64,000 bases of DNA from Edaphobacter sp. (GTDB taxonomy: Bacteria; Acidobacteriota; Terriglobia; Terriglobales; Acidobacteriaceae): assembly GCA_039922475.1 (NCBI GenBank), contig JBDTEQ010000069.1, forward strand, positions 549 through 64,548, in the 5' to 3' direction. The stretch's first letter is position 1. Each line of letters opens with the position of its first letter. Positions 30,179 to 38,274 of the stretch are shown here, piece by piece. The notes under the pieces were generated by a model that worked only from the letters and a program-made list of their open reading frames with translations, was not told the origin of the DNA and ran no database searches. A program made the position numbers and the translations under genes.

Positions 30179-31195
30179 TTAGAACTCCCACCGCAACAGC
30201 GTCGCCCCAATCGTAAAGCCAGCGCCAACGCTCGCCAGCAACACCAGGTCGCCCTTCTTCAACCGCTTCTCCTCGATCGCTGTCTGCATCGCCATAGGGA
30301 TCGTCGCCGCCGTCGTATTCCCGTACCGGTCGATATTGATAATCACCGACTCCTCCGGCATCCCCAACCGCTCCGCCGTCGAAAGAATGATCCGCTTGTT
30401 CGCCTGATGCGGAATGAAACATCCGAGGTCTTTGCCCTCCAAGCCATTGCGCGTCAGGATCAGCTCCGCGGCCTCCGCCATCTTGCGCACCGCAAACTTG
30501 TACACCGCCTGCCCCTCCTGGTGGACATAGTGCATCTTCTTCTCCACCGTCTCCGCGGTTGACGGATGCAGACTTCCGCCGCCCGGCATATTCAACGCCG
30601 GCCCACCTGACCCATCGATCTCATGAAAATAATCGATCAACCCGATCTCGCCTTCCTCGCAAGGCTCCAGCAGCACCGCGCCCGCGCCATCGCCAAAGAT
30701 CACGCACGTCGCCCTGTCGGTATAGTCGATGATCGAGCTCATCACATCCGCTCCAATCACCATCACCTTCTTGTGCATCCCGCTCTCAACCAGCTTCGCC
30801 CCCACCTGCAGCGCATACGGAAACCCCGAGCACGCCGCCGACAGATCGAACCCCCACGCTCCCTTTGCCCCCAGCCTGTCCTGCACCAGACAAGCCGTCG
30901 CCGGAAAAAACATATCCGGCGTCACCGTAGCGACGATGATCACCTCAACCTCGCTCCCCTCGATCCCCCGCGCAGCGAGGCACTTCTTCGCCGCCTCAAA
31001 CGCCAGATCGCTCGTCGCCACACCCGAATCCACAATATGCCGCTCGCGAATTCCTGTGCGTTCCGTAATCCACTGGTCGTCGGTCGCGACCATCTTTTCC
31101 AGATCCGCATTCGTCAACAACCGCGGAGGTACATACGTCCCAACCGAACTGATCTTCGCGCGCACCTGGGTCCGCGGCTTCAACATCAAACTCAA
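30179..31195 (-). CDS. fabH: 3-oxoacyl-ACP synthase III
   Basis: 338 aa. Active-site AACSGF, HQANKRI and GNTTAATIP. Confidence 0.95.
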   Translation of the reverse strand: MSLMLKPRTQVRAKISSVGTYVPPRLLTNADLEKMVATDDQWITERTGIRERHIVDSGVATSDLAFEAAKKCLAARGIEGSEVEVIIVATVTPDMFFPATACLVQDRLGAKGAWGFDLSAACSGFPYALQVGAKLVESGMHKKVMVIGADVMSSIIDYTDRATCVIFGDGAGAVLLEPCEEGEIGLIDYFHEIDGSGGPALNMPGGGSLHPSTAETVEKKMHYVHQEGQAVYKFAVRKMAEAAELILTRNGLEGKDLGCFIPHQANKRIILSTAERLGMPEESVIINIDRYGNTTAATIPMAMQTAIEEKRLKKGDLVLLASVGAGFTIGATLLRWEF

Positions 31196-31367
31196 ACTCT
31201 CACCTCACCTGGTTTTATCGCAAACAAAAATATGACAAAGGAACCAACGTCCCTGCTGCAAATCATTCTCTCCGAGAAGCGCTCCCATGTCACGCACGCT
31301 GAACCCGCAAACAGTCACGTCGCGACACTTAACTTCGCGCCGTCAGTATTGCTAGAGGGATAAAGAT

Positions 31368-31452
31368 GGAGGGGGGAGTTCAATGCACCGGGCGACCTGC
31401 GGGCATCACAGCATCTCGCGGAGGGGGAAATTCAGTGCACCGGGCGACCTAC
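31368..31452 (-). repeat. 33-nt direct repeat (29/33) duplicating the 3' end of the SRP RNA gene plus its flank
   Basis: 31368-31400 ggaggggggagttcaatgcaccgggcgacctgc versus 31420-31452 ggagggggaaattcagtgcaccgggcgacctac. Confidence 0.8.
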
Positions 31453-31533
31453 TGCGCCCATAATTACCCGTTACCGTTGCTTCCTTCCGGACCTGGCGGG
31501 GTTGGCGGGATTACGTCGCGTAGGACCCGGCAC
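31435..31533 (-). ncRNA. ffs: signal recognition particle RNA (small 4.5S type)
   Basis: The minus strand contains AGGUCCGGAAGGAAGCAACGG (plus 31475-31497), matching the conserved helix-8 GGAA tetraloop region. The termini pair (GUGCCGGGUCCUACGCG with CGCAGUAGGUCGCCCGGUGCAC). About 99 nt. Confidence 0.8.
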
Positions 31534-31696
31534 AGGAACCAGTTTACCACCCAACCAGCTTCCGCCGCATCCGCCCAGTCTTCCGAGATCACCGTGTAGC
31601 ACCCAGACGGACTCAATCCTCCCGGCATCCGTATGGTTCCCGTCGTCGGCGCCAAATACAAGGTCTGGAGGTCATCGCCGCAACGGCCTCGCCTCG

Positions 31697-31875
31697 GTAG
31701 TATCGACATATAGTTGGGTCTTAAATCTTGATTTTTTAAGGACTGTCATCCTGAGCGCAGCCTCTCGCAGCATTATCGCGAGAGGCGGAGTCGAAGGACC
31801 TGCGGTTTGCTCCTGGCGTCACTCTCGTTTTGCCCCATTCGCGGCAACACCTTGTCATCTATATGTCGATACTGC
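31697..31875. repeat. 17-nt inverted repeat pair (15/17) bracketing a family-A copy
   Basis: gtagtatcgacatatag (31697-31713) and ctatatgtcgatactgc (31859-31875). Confidence 0.6.
31744..31813 (+). repeat. family-A repeat (long form)
   Basis: tgtcatcctgagcgcagcctctcgcagcattatcgcgagaggcggagtcgaaggacctgcggtttgctcc. Internal 9-bp hairpin GCCTCTCGC/GCGAGAGGC. Confidence 0.9.
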
Positions 31876-31937
31876 CTGGCTATTTTCAAAGATTAAATTC
31901 TGTAGACGGTTCCGTATAGTTGATCTAATCTTGCGCA

Positions 31938-33251
31938 ATGATTCGCTCGGCTCTGTTCCTTTTGTTCTTGGTTCTACCTGCCACTCGCGCTCTTTCACAA
32001 TTCGACGATAATCCCCCCGCCATCCAAGGCTACGTCACCCGCGTGGCCTCTCTTGCCGACTTCGATGCAAGCGGGTATCGCGTCATAATCAACAAAGCAA
32101 CAATGGTCCGCATTACTGGAACGGGTGGTGAGAGCTTCATCACCACCGTTACTCCGTATTTCGGCCAGGGCGTCACCATCTACGGCACATTGAAGAAGAA
32201 GAAACATCAGGTCATCGCCGAAGATGTAGTCTTCCACCCTGTCGACCAGAGCGCGCTCAGCGGAATCGCCATCATCGACCGCGTACTTTCACCTGGCAAT
32301 CCAGTTAGCGGCGCGGGACGGCTGCTCATGCGAGCGGACGGTTATCTCATTCTGGTCAACGCTGCGACCAAAACCAGCTTTCAAGCGCCCTTGGACTCCG
32401 CTACCGATGTAAAGCCAAATGTCTGGATCGAATATCACGGCAAGATGCAGGCCGACGGCATCCTCCTCGCCGACACAGTAGTCTTCATCGAAAATAAGGT
32501 TGCCGACAACGAAGCCAAGTTACTCGACAAATTTGACTATGATCCATCGACCGTAGATGCGAATGCAAAACAGAACATCGCCAAAGAAATCGTCATCGGT
32601 CGCGACCCCAAAAAAATTCCGCCTTTCAAAGATGCTGCCTTGCAAGCTCGCGTCAATCGCATCGGCAACAGCCTTATTCCTGCCTATCAACAAAAACTTC
32701 CCGAAAGCGATCTCACCAAAGTTGTCTTCCGCTTTCAACTCATCGACGATCCCAAAATGAACGACGCTCTCGCCCTTCCCAGCGGCGTCATCCTTATTCC
32801 GTTTCAGATCGTCAATTACCTCAAAGACGACTCTCAGCTAGCCACCGTCCTCGCCGACAACATCGCTACAGTTCTGGAAAAACAGTCGTACAGAATATTG
32901 CCCGCTGAACACATGATGGCTGCGGCCAATCTCTCATCCGCGGCCGTCGGCCTGTTGATTCCGGGCGTCGGCCTCGCCTCTGGCATCGCCACATACACGC
33001 GCAGCAAATCCATACAGACCGATCTCCTCAACCAAAGCGGCCGGGTTAGCCTCGGGCTTCTTCACGACGCGGGCTACGACATCAATCAGGCTCCCATCGC
33101 ATGGTGGCTGCTCGCGACAAACTCCGCAGACAAGCTTCCATCCACGCCGCTTCCGCACCGAGCGGCTAACCTGTACAAGGCACTGGGCACCACATGGCGC
33201 AACTACTCCGAAGACACAACCTCGGCGACAACCACTCTGCAAACGAAGTAG
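31938..33251 (+). CDS. secreted M48-like (BepA-type) domain protein with degenerate metal motif
   Basis: 437 aa. Signal LFLLFLVLPATRALSQ. NDALALPSGVILIPFQIVNYLKDDSQLATVLADNIATVLEKQ parallels the M48 core, but HExxH is replaced by DNIAT. Confidence 0.7.
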   Translation: MIRSALFLLFLVLPATRALSQFDDNPPAIQGYVTRVASLADFDASGYRVIINKATMVRITGTGGESFITTVTPYFGQGVTIYGTLKKKKHQVIAEDVVFHPVDQSALSGIAIIDRVLSPGNPVSGAGRLLMRADGYLILVNAATKTSFQAPLDSATDVKPNVWIEYHGKMQADGILLADTVVFIENKVADNEAKLLDKFDYDPSTVDANAKQNIAKEIVIGRDPKKIPPFKDAALQARVNRIGNSLIPAYQQKLPESDLTKVVFRFQLIDDPKMNDALALPSGVILIPFQIVNYLKDDSQLATVLADNIATVLEKQSYRILPAEHMMAAANLSSAAVGLLIPGVGLASGIATYTRSKSIQTDLLNQSGRVSLGLLHDAGYDINQAPIAWWLLATNSADKLPSTPLPHRAANLYKALGTTWRNYSEDTTSATTTLQTK

Positions 33252-33289
33252 CCCAGGCAGAGTGCCTCTCGCGCAGGTAAAATAGAAAT

Positions 33290-35053
33290 GTGCCGTTTTC
33301 CGCCCAAAATTCTTCCAATAACGCTGTCCTGGACCCCGCCTTACCCGACCAGCCTCACGCGAAACCCAAGGTAGGCTTCGTCTCTCTCGGCTGCCCCAAA
33401 AACCTCGTAGACTCCGAGGTCATGATGGGCCTGCTCCACCACAACGGAGCCGAGCTCACCCCCAACGCCGAAGACGCCGAGATCATCGTCATCAACACCT
33501 GCAGCTTCATCGACTCCGCCAAGCAGGAGTCCGTCAACACCATCCTCGAAATGGTCCAGCTCAAGCAGCAGAACGGCGGAAAAGCCCAGCGCATCGTAGT
33601 CGCCGGCTGCCTCGTCGAGCGCTACCGCGACGAGATTCAAAAAAACATCCCCGAAGTAGATGCCGTCGTAGGCACCGGCGAACTCGAAGCCATTCTCTCC
33701 GCCGCCGGCCTCACCCCCACCGGCCACGCCAACAACTCCCCTTTCAACATCCTTCCTCGATCCACAAATTCGGGTACCCCATCTACACCGCAGTCTCATC
33801 GCGGTTTAGGTGGGCATTCGCAAAGCGAACCGCCTTCCTCCAACGAACCGCTGATCTCAAGAGCCCCCAGCGCCGTCCACCAGCACTCCCACCCCACCGA
33901 AATCGGCACTCAACTAAAAGATCAAAATAGAACTGTCATCCTGAGCGAAGGCGCAGCAGTAGTCGAAGGACCTGCGGTTATCTCTGGACAAACCAGTCGT
34001 CCCGAAGGCGACGCCCGCGAGCAATCCGGCCGCTTCTCCCGCGCCTCATGGGACGGAGCCACCGCCGCCCTCCCCGAATACCTCTACTCCGACGAAACTC
34101 CGCGCATCCTCACCACCCCGCGCGCCAGCGCCTACATCAAGATCGCCGAAGGCTGCGACCACCCCTGCAGCTTCTGCATCATCCCGCAGCTTCGTGGCAA
34201 GTTCCGCTCCCGCCGCATGTCGTCGATCATCCGCGAGGCCGAAAACCTCATCGCACAGGGCGTCCGCGAGATCACCCTCATCGGCCAGGACACCACCTGC
34301 TACGGCGAAGACCTCGGCCTCACCGAAAACGGAGAACCGGTCGGCCTCTCGCAACTTCTCGAAGCACTGGCCGTACTCCCCGGCCTCCGCTGGCTACGCT
34401 TTCTCTATACCTACCCCAACAAAGTAACCACGCGCCTCCTCGAAACAATGGCGAAGCACGACACCATCGCAAAGTACCTCGACGTTCCTCTCCAGCACGC
34501 AAGCCCCAGCGTCCTCAAACGGATGAAGCGCGGCGGCAACGCACAGATCTTCCTCGACCTCATCGCCAGGGCGCGCCGCATCGTCCCCGGCATCGTCATC
34601 CGCACCAGCTTCATCGTCGGCTTCCCCGGCGAAACCGAAGCCGACTACAAAGAACTCGAAGCCTTCATCACCGCCGCAAAGATCGACTGGCTAGGCGTCT
34701 TCACCTACTCCGACGAAGAGGGCGCCAAGGCCTTCGAACTAGCCGACGAACTCAAAATCCCCAACCGCACCATCCAGTCGCGCCGCAACAAACTGATGAA
34801 GCTGCAACAAAAGATCAGCACCAGATCCAAAGCCGCCTGGGTAGGCCGCGAGATCGACCTCCTTGTCGAAGGAGAATCCGAAGAGACCGAACTCCTCTGG
34901 CAGGGCCGCACCCCGCTCCACGCCCCCGAGATCGACGGCAAAGTCCTCATCAACGACTTCGGCCCTCACGAAACCCTGGTCCCCGGTACTTTCTACCGAG
35001 CCGAAATCACCGAATCCCACGACTACGACGTAGTAGCCCGCATCCTCGAATAG
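33290..35053 (+). CDS. rimO: ribosomal protein S12 methylthiotransferase with a ~130-aa insertion containing two repeat elements
   Basis: 587 aa with a GTG start. MTTase N-domain VGFVSLGCPKNLVDSE, radical-SAM CDHPCSFCIIP and a TRAM C-terminus. E. coli RimO is 441 aa. Confidence 0.9.
   Translation: MPFSAQNSSNNAVLDPALPDQPHAKPKVGFVSLGCPKNLVDSEVMMGLLHHNGAELTPNAEDAEIIVINTCSFIDSAKQESVNTILEMVQLKQQNGGKAQRIVVAGCLVERYRDEIQKNIPEVDAVVGTGELEAILSAAGLTPTGHANNSPFNILPRSTNSGTPSTPQSHRGLGGHSQSEPPSSNEPLISRAPSAVHQHSHPTEIGTQLKDQNRTVILSEGAAVVEGPAVISGQTSRPEGDAREQSGRFSRASWDGATAALPEYLYSDETPRILTTPRASAYIKIAEGCDHPCSFCIIPQLRGKFRSRRMSSIIREAENLIAQGVREITLIGQDTTCYGEDLGLTENGEPVGLSQLLEALAVLPGLRWLRFLYTYPNKVTTRLLETMAKHDTIAKYLDVPLQHASPSVLKRMKRGGNAQIFLDLIARARRIVPGIVIRTSFIVGFPGETEADYKELEAFITAAKIDWLGVFTYSDEEGAKAFELADELKIPNRTIQSRRNKLMKLQQKISTRSKAAWVGREIDLLVEGESEETELLWQGRTPLHAPEIDGKVLINDFGPHETLVPGTFYRAEITESHDYDVVARILE
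33772..33832 (+). repeat. family-D double-hairpin repeat, in frame inside rimO
   Basis: gggtaccccatctacaccgcagtctcatcgcggtttaggtgggcattcgcaaagcgaaccg. Same architecture as 36155 and 39561 (GGGTRCCCCAT...hairpin...GTGGGCAT + TCGYR-aaa/gaa-hairpin + CCG). Confidence 0.7.
33934..33984 (+). repeat. family-A repeat (long form), in frame inside rimO
   Basis: tgtcatcctgagcgaaggcgcagcagtagtcgaaggacctgcggttatctc, translated as (T)VILSEGAAVVEGPAVIS. Confidence 0.85.
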
Positions 35054-35159
35054 CTTCGGCACCACCAACTACTTCAAACCGCGTCATTACCCTAAAACCT
35101 CACCCCACTGTCTCCAACCGCACTACACCCTCTAACCTTTAGCCACTACTCATAAACTC

Positions 35160-35203
35160 TGTCATCCTTCGCGAAGCGGAGGACCTGCTGTCGCTCTTCA
35201 CCG
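35160..35203 (+). repeat. family-A repeat (short form)
   Basis: tgtcatccttcgcgaagcggaggacctgctgtcgctcttcaccg, downstream of rimO. Confidence 0.9.
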
Positions 35204-35215
35204 TTCCCTCTTCAT

Positions 35216-35270
35216 TGTCATCCTTCGCAAAGCGGAGGATCCGCTGCTGTCCCTTGCCGTCGTCGCCGCT
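35216..35270 (+). repeat. family-A repeat (short form)
   Basis: tgtcatccttcgcaaagcggaggatccgctgctgtcccttgccgtcgtcgccgct, tandem to the copy at 35160. Confidence 0.9.
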
Positions 35271-35484
35271 CCTGGTAAAACGCGCGCGTTCCCGATAGCG
35301 ATTACGACCTCATCCTCGAATAACCGCATAATGTAGAATCAAAGTCTAAGTGACCATCTTCCTTCAGCCACGGCTAGCGACACTGCAAGGCATCCTGCGC
35401 CGTCCTGTCTGCTGCATTATTCCATCCATTATTTCGCCCATCGCAGGTGGCGCTCCGTAGACTTCAGACCCCTCTGAAATTTCG

Positions 35485-35522
35485 AAGCCGCCACAGCGAA
35501 AGCTATGGCGGCTTTTTCTTTT
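35485..35522 (+). terminator. strong intrinsic terminator 25 nt upstream of the ACT-like ORF
   Basis: AAGCCGCCAcAGC-GAAA-GCTaTGGCGGCTT followed by TTTCTTTT. GNRA loop. Confidence 0.75.
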
Positions 35523-35546
35523 CCCTAACCACTCAAAGGATCAGCC

Positions 35547-35777
35547 ATGAAATGGACGTATCAGATCACTGCAGCCTCAAGACCGCGAGTTCTAATGCGT
35601 CTCGTCCAGGTCTTCGATCAGCAATCGCTGGCCATACGTTCTCTCGAACTCACTCTGCTCGATAACCATGTCAAAATCAACTTGACCGTGGAGATCGAAC
35701 CCGACCTGGCCCGCCGTCTTCAGGCCAAGCTTTACCTTCAGACAGATATACAAAATGTAGATCTTCTTATGGGCTGA
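35547..35777 (+). CDS. small ACT-like protein (IlvM/ACT_5-like, tentative)
   Basis: 76 aa. RVLMRLVQVFDQQSLAIRSLELT...VKINLTVE resembles the IlvM-type small-subunit pattern. Confidence 0.45.
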   Translation: MKWTYQITAASRPRVLMRLVQVFDQQSLAIRSLELTLLDNHVKINLTVEIEPDLARRLQAKLYLQTDIQNVDLLMG

Positions 35778-35922
35778 GGCCTTGTCCCGCACGCACCATC
35801 GCTTCCAAACAGTTGGCCGAACCATCTAATCCGCATCGTAGTGTGAGCAATCCCTTGAACAAAAGGAGCTCTTTGCGCCACACTAAACCAGCGCCATCGA
35901 ATCTCGTTCCAAGAAGCTTATT

Positions 35923-36138
35923 ATGCCCACACCAAAAACCCTACGCTGCCCCACCTGCCGCACCCTCGTCCTCCAAAAGAACGAAGACTTCCCCTTCTGC
36001 TCCGACCGCTGCCGCCGACTCGACCTCGGCAAATGGGCCAGCGGCGACTACAAGGTCTCATCCCCCGTTCAGGACCCAGACCTCCTCGAAGAGCTAGCCC
36101 GCTCCAACAAAAACAATCGCCAGAACGACGACGAATAG
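35923..36138 (+). CDS. yacG: DNA gyrase inhibitor YacG (zinc finger)
   Basis: 71 aa. CPTCRT...FCSDRCRRLDLGKWASGDY. Confidence 0.8.
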   Translation: MPTPKTLRCPTCRTLVLQKNEDFPFCSDRCRRLDLGKWASGDYKVSSPVQDPDLLEELARSNKNNRQNDDE

Positions 36139-36139
36139 A

Positions 36140-36206
36140 GCCCCAAACGGGTGCGGGTGCCCCATATCTCGATTTTGAGATGTGGGCATCGTGCGGAGCA
36201 CGACCG
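36140..36206 (+). repeat. family-D double-hairpin repeat, starting 2 nt after the yacG stop
   Basis: gccccaaacgggtgcgggtgccccatatctcgattttgagatgtgggcatcgtgcggagcacgaccg. Confidence 0.85.
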
Positions 36207-36257
36207 GCTTTTGTTAAGACTTCCCTCAAATAAAAGTCCTGCTCCCTGCAAAGATAA

Positions 36258-36365
36258 CCTCCCTGAATGGAAGACTTTACCTCAATATCCAGCCTTTCTC
36301 AACCGGAAGTCCGAACCTAACCCACCTGAATCGAAGACTTTACGCACATTCAGGCGGGTGGGGGG
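36258..36365 (+). repeat. direct repeat pair sharing CCTGAATSGAAGACTTTAC (18/19)
   Basis: Copies lie at 36262-36280 and 36325-36343. The second copy lies in the hairpin CCCACCTGAAT...ATTCAGGCGGGTGGG. Confidence 0.6.
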
Positions 36366-36391
36366 ATATACACCCGCTACACTAAAAGCCG

Positions 36392-36901
36392 ATGCCGAAC
36401 TCCTCTGCACAACTCCACCCTCCCGCCAAAAAGAAGACCCTCTGGGCCTGGCTCATCGGCACCTTCTTCGGAGCAGGCCTGCTCAAACCCGGTCCCGGCA
36501 CCTACGGCAGCATCTCCGCCGTCCTCCTCTGGTACGCCGCCGCCCACATTCTCCACCCAACCCCCACCACCCTGGCCGTCGGCACAGTTATAGCCGCAGT
36601 CGCAGTCACATTAATCGGCATCCCCGCTGCCACCATCGTAGCCCGCGAATCCGGCCGCGAAGACCCCGGCCATGTCGTCATCGACGAGGTAGCCGGCCAA
36701 CTCATCGCCCTCATCGCCATCCCCATCGACTGGCAGCACGCCGCAATCTCTCTCATCCTCTTCCGCCTCTTCGACATCCTCAAGCCGCCACCCATCCGCC
36801 AACTCGAACGCCTACCCACCGGCACCGGTATCATGCTCGACGACGTAGCCGCCGGCCTCTTCGCCCTCGCCGTCGCGCAACTCATCCATCTCCGCTTCTA
36901 G
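36392..36901 (+). CDS. pgpA: phosphatidylglycerophosphatase A
   Basis: 169 aa. GAGLLKPGPGTYGS, DPGHVVIDEVAGQ and FRLFDILKPPPI. Confidence 0.9.
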   Translation: MPNSSAQLHPPAKKKTLWAWLIGTFFGAGLLKPGPGTYGSISAVLLWYAAAHILHPTPTTLAVGTVIAAVAVTLIGIPAATIVARESGREDPGHVVIDEVAGQLIALIAIPIDWQHAAISLILFRLFDILKPPPIRQLERLPTGTGIMLDDVAAGLFALAVAQLIHLRF

Positions 36902-36915
36902 TAAGCCTCCAAAAA

Positions 36916-37082
36916 CCGTAACGGTGATCAAACGGATCAAAGGGATCAAAACGATAAGACCTGATACGAGAAGAGCATGACCGAACCTGCCTTTTTTGTT
37001 GAATCGGCCTTCCTGATTCCTTTGCCTTTTTTATCGTCTTATCGCTCTTATCCGCTTCTATCCCTTCGATCACCGTTACGCC
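36916..37082. repeat. two family-E repeats in inverted orientation (36916-36960 and 37031-37082)
   Basis: ccgtaacggtgatcaaacggatcaaagggatcaaaacgataagac versus ttatcgtcttatcgctcttatccgcttctatcccttcgatcaccgttacgcc. The outer 13 nt are perfectly complementary (CGTAACGGTGATC). Confidence 0.8.
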
Positions 37083-37127
37083 TTCGCATTTGCACTCCCC
37101 CGCACACCCGTCTACGCTAAACCCAGC

Positions 37128-38207
37128 ATGACCACCCTCCGCTCCCTCCTGGCCCACGACAAGCACGACGCTCCGGCCCCGCACCTCGACCGTGTCTCTC
37201 CCGTCGCGGCCATGCCCGGTGGAGAGATCGACGTCCACGGCCAACATCTCGATCCCCTCGGCCCCCACATCCCCCACGCCACCATCGGCGACATCGCCGT
37301 CCCCGTCACCCTCAGCCGCTCCACCCGAGCCACCATCCGCATTCCTGACGGTGCCATCACCGGCGATCTCATCTTTCATCGCAGCGCAACCGACAGCAAT
37401 CCTCTCAACGTGCGCATCGCCGTTCCGATGGCCGAAAACCTTCACCCTGTAGCCAACCCGGCAGTCGACGCCGACGGCAACGTCTACGCCACCGTCTCCG
37501 GAGCCCGCGGCCAGGCCGTCCCCGTCTCCATCTTTCAAATCCAGCGCGACTTCCAGATGCGCCCCTTCGTCCGCGATCTGCTCAACGCCACCGGACTCGC
37601 CTTTGGGCCCGACGGCTATCTCTACGCCAGCTCCCGCGCCGAAGGCACCGTCTACCGCATCTCCCCCGACGGAGCCCTCTCCACCTACGCCGAAGGCATG
37701 GGCATCGCCACCGGCATCGCCTTCGACCGCGACGGCAATCTCTACGTCGGCGACCGCTCCGGCACCATCTTCAAGATCAACTCCGCCCGCGAGATCTTCG
37801 TCTTCGCCACGCTCGAACCCAGCATCGCCGCCTACCATCTCGCCTTCAACGACGCGGGAATGCTCTTCGTCACCGGCCCCACCACCAGCAGCAACCAGGC
37901 CATCCACGCCATCGACCGCGACGGCAACGCAACCGTCTTCTACCAGGGCCTCGGCCGCGCGCAAGGCATGGCATTCGACGTAGAAGACAACCTCTACGTA
38001 GCCGCCAGTCTCCACGGCCAGCGCGGCATCATCCGCATCACTCCCCGCCACGAAGCCACATTAGCCATCTCCGGCAGTAATCTGGTCGGCCTCGCCTTCC
38101 TTGAAGACGGCAACGCTGCCCTCGCCACCCGCGAAACTCTGGGAGCAGGAATCAGTGGCGCCCTCTATCACGTCTCTCTGGACATCCAGGGCCGCCCTCT
38201 TATCTAG
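37128..38207 (+). CDS. IPT/TIG plus NHL/SMP-30-like beta-propeller repeat protein
   Basis: 359 aa. Repeated (A/G)xDxDGNLYV-type blades (FDRDGNLYVGD, GPDGYLYASS, VEDNLYVAAS). Confidence 0.75.
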   Translation: MTTLRSLLAHDKHDAPAPHLDRVSPVAAMPGGEIDVHGQHLDPLGPHIPHATIGDIAVPVTLSRSTRATIRIPDGAITGDLIFHRSATDSNPLNVRIAVPMAENLHPVANPAVDADGNVYATVSGARGQAVPVSIFQIQRDFQMRPFVRDLLNATGLAFGPDGYLYASSRAEGTVYRISPDGALSTYAEGMGIATGIAFDRDGNLYVGDRSGTIFKINSAREIFVFATLEPSIAAYHLAFNDAGMLFVTGPTTSSNQAIHAIDRDGNATVFYQGLGRAQGMAFDVEDNLYVAASLHGQRGIIRITPRHEATLAISGSNLVGLAFLEDGNAALATRETLGAGISGALYHVSLDIQGRPLI

Positions 38208-38274
38208 CAGCGCTCGAAACCAACTATCATGGTCGAAGAGTCACATTGGCCCAGCCGGAGACACGACACCAGAC

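Noticed and set aside
31534-31696. Possible 5' Alu-like domain making the SRP RNA a long (Bacillus-type) form
   Set aside because: The termini of the ~99-nt form pair convincingly. I could not find matching long helix-5 pairing between this region and the sequence downstream of the gene.
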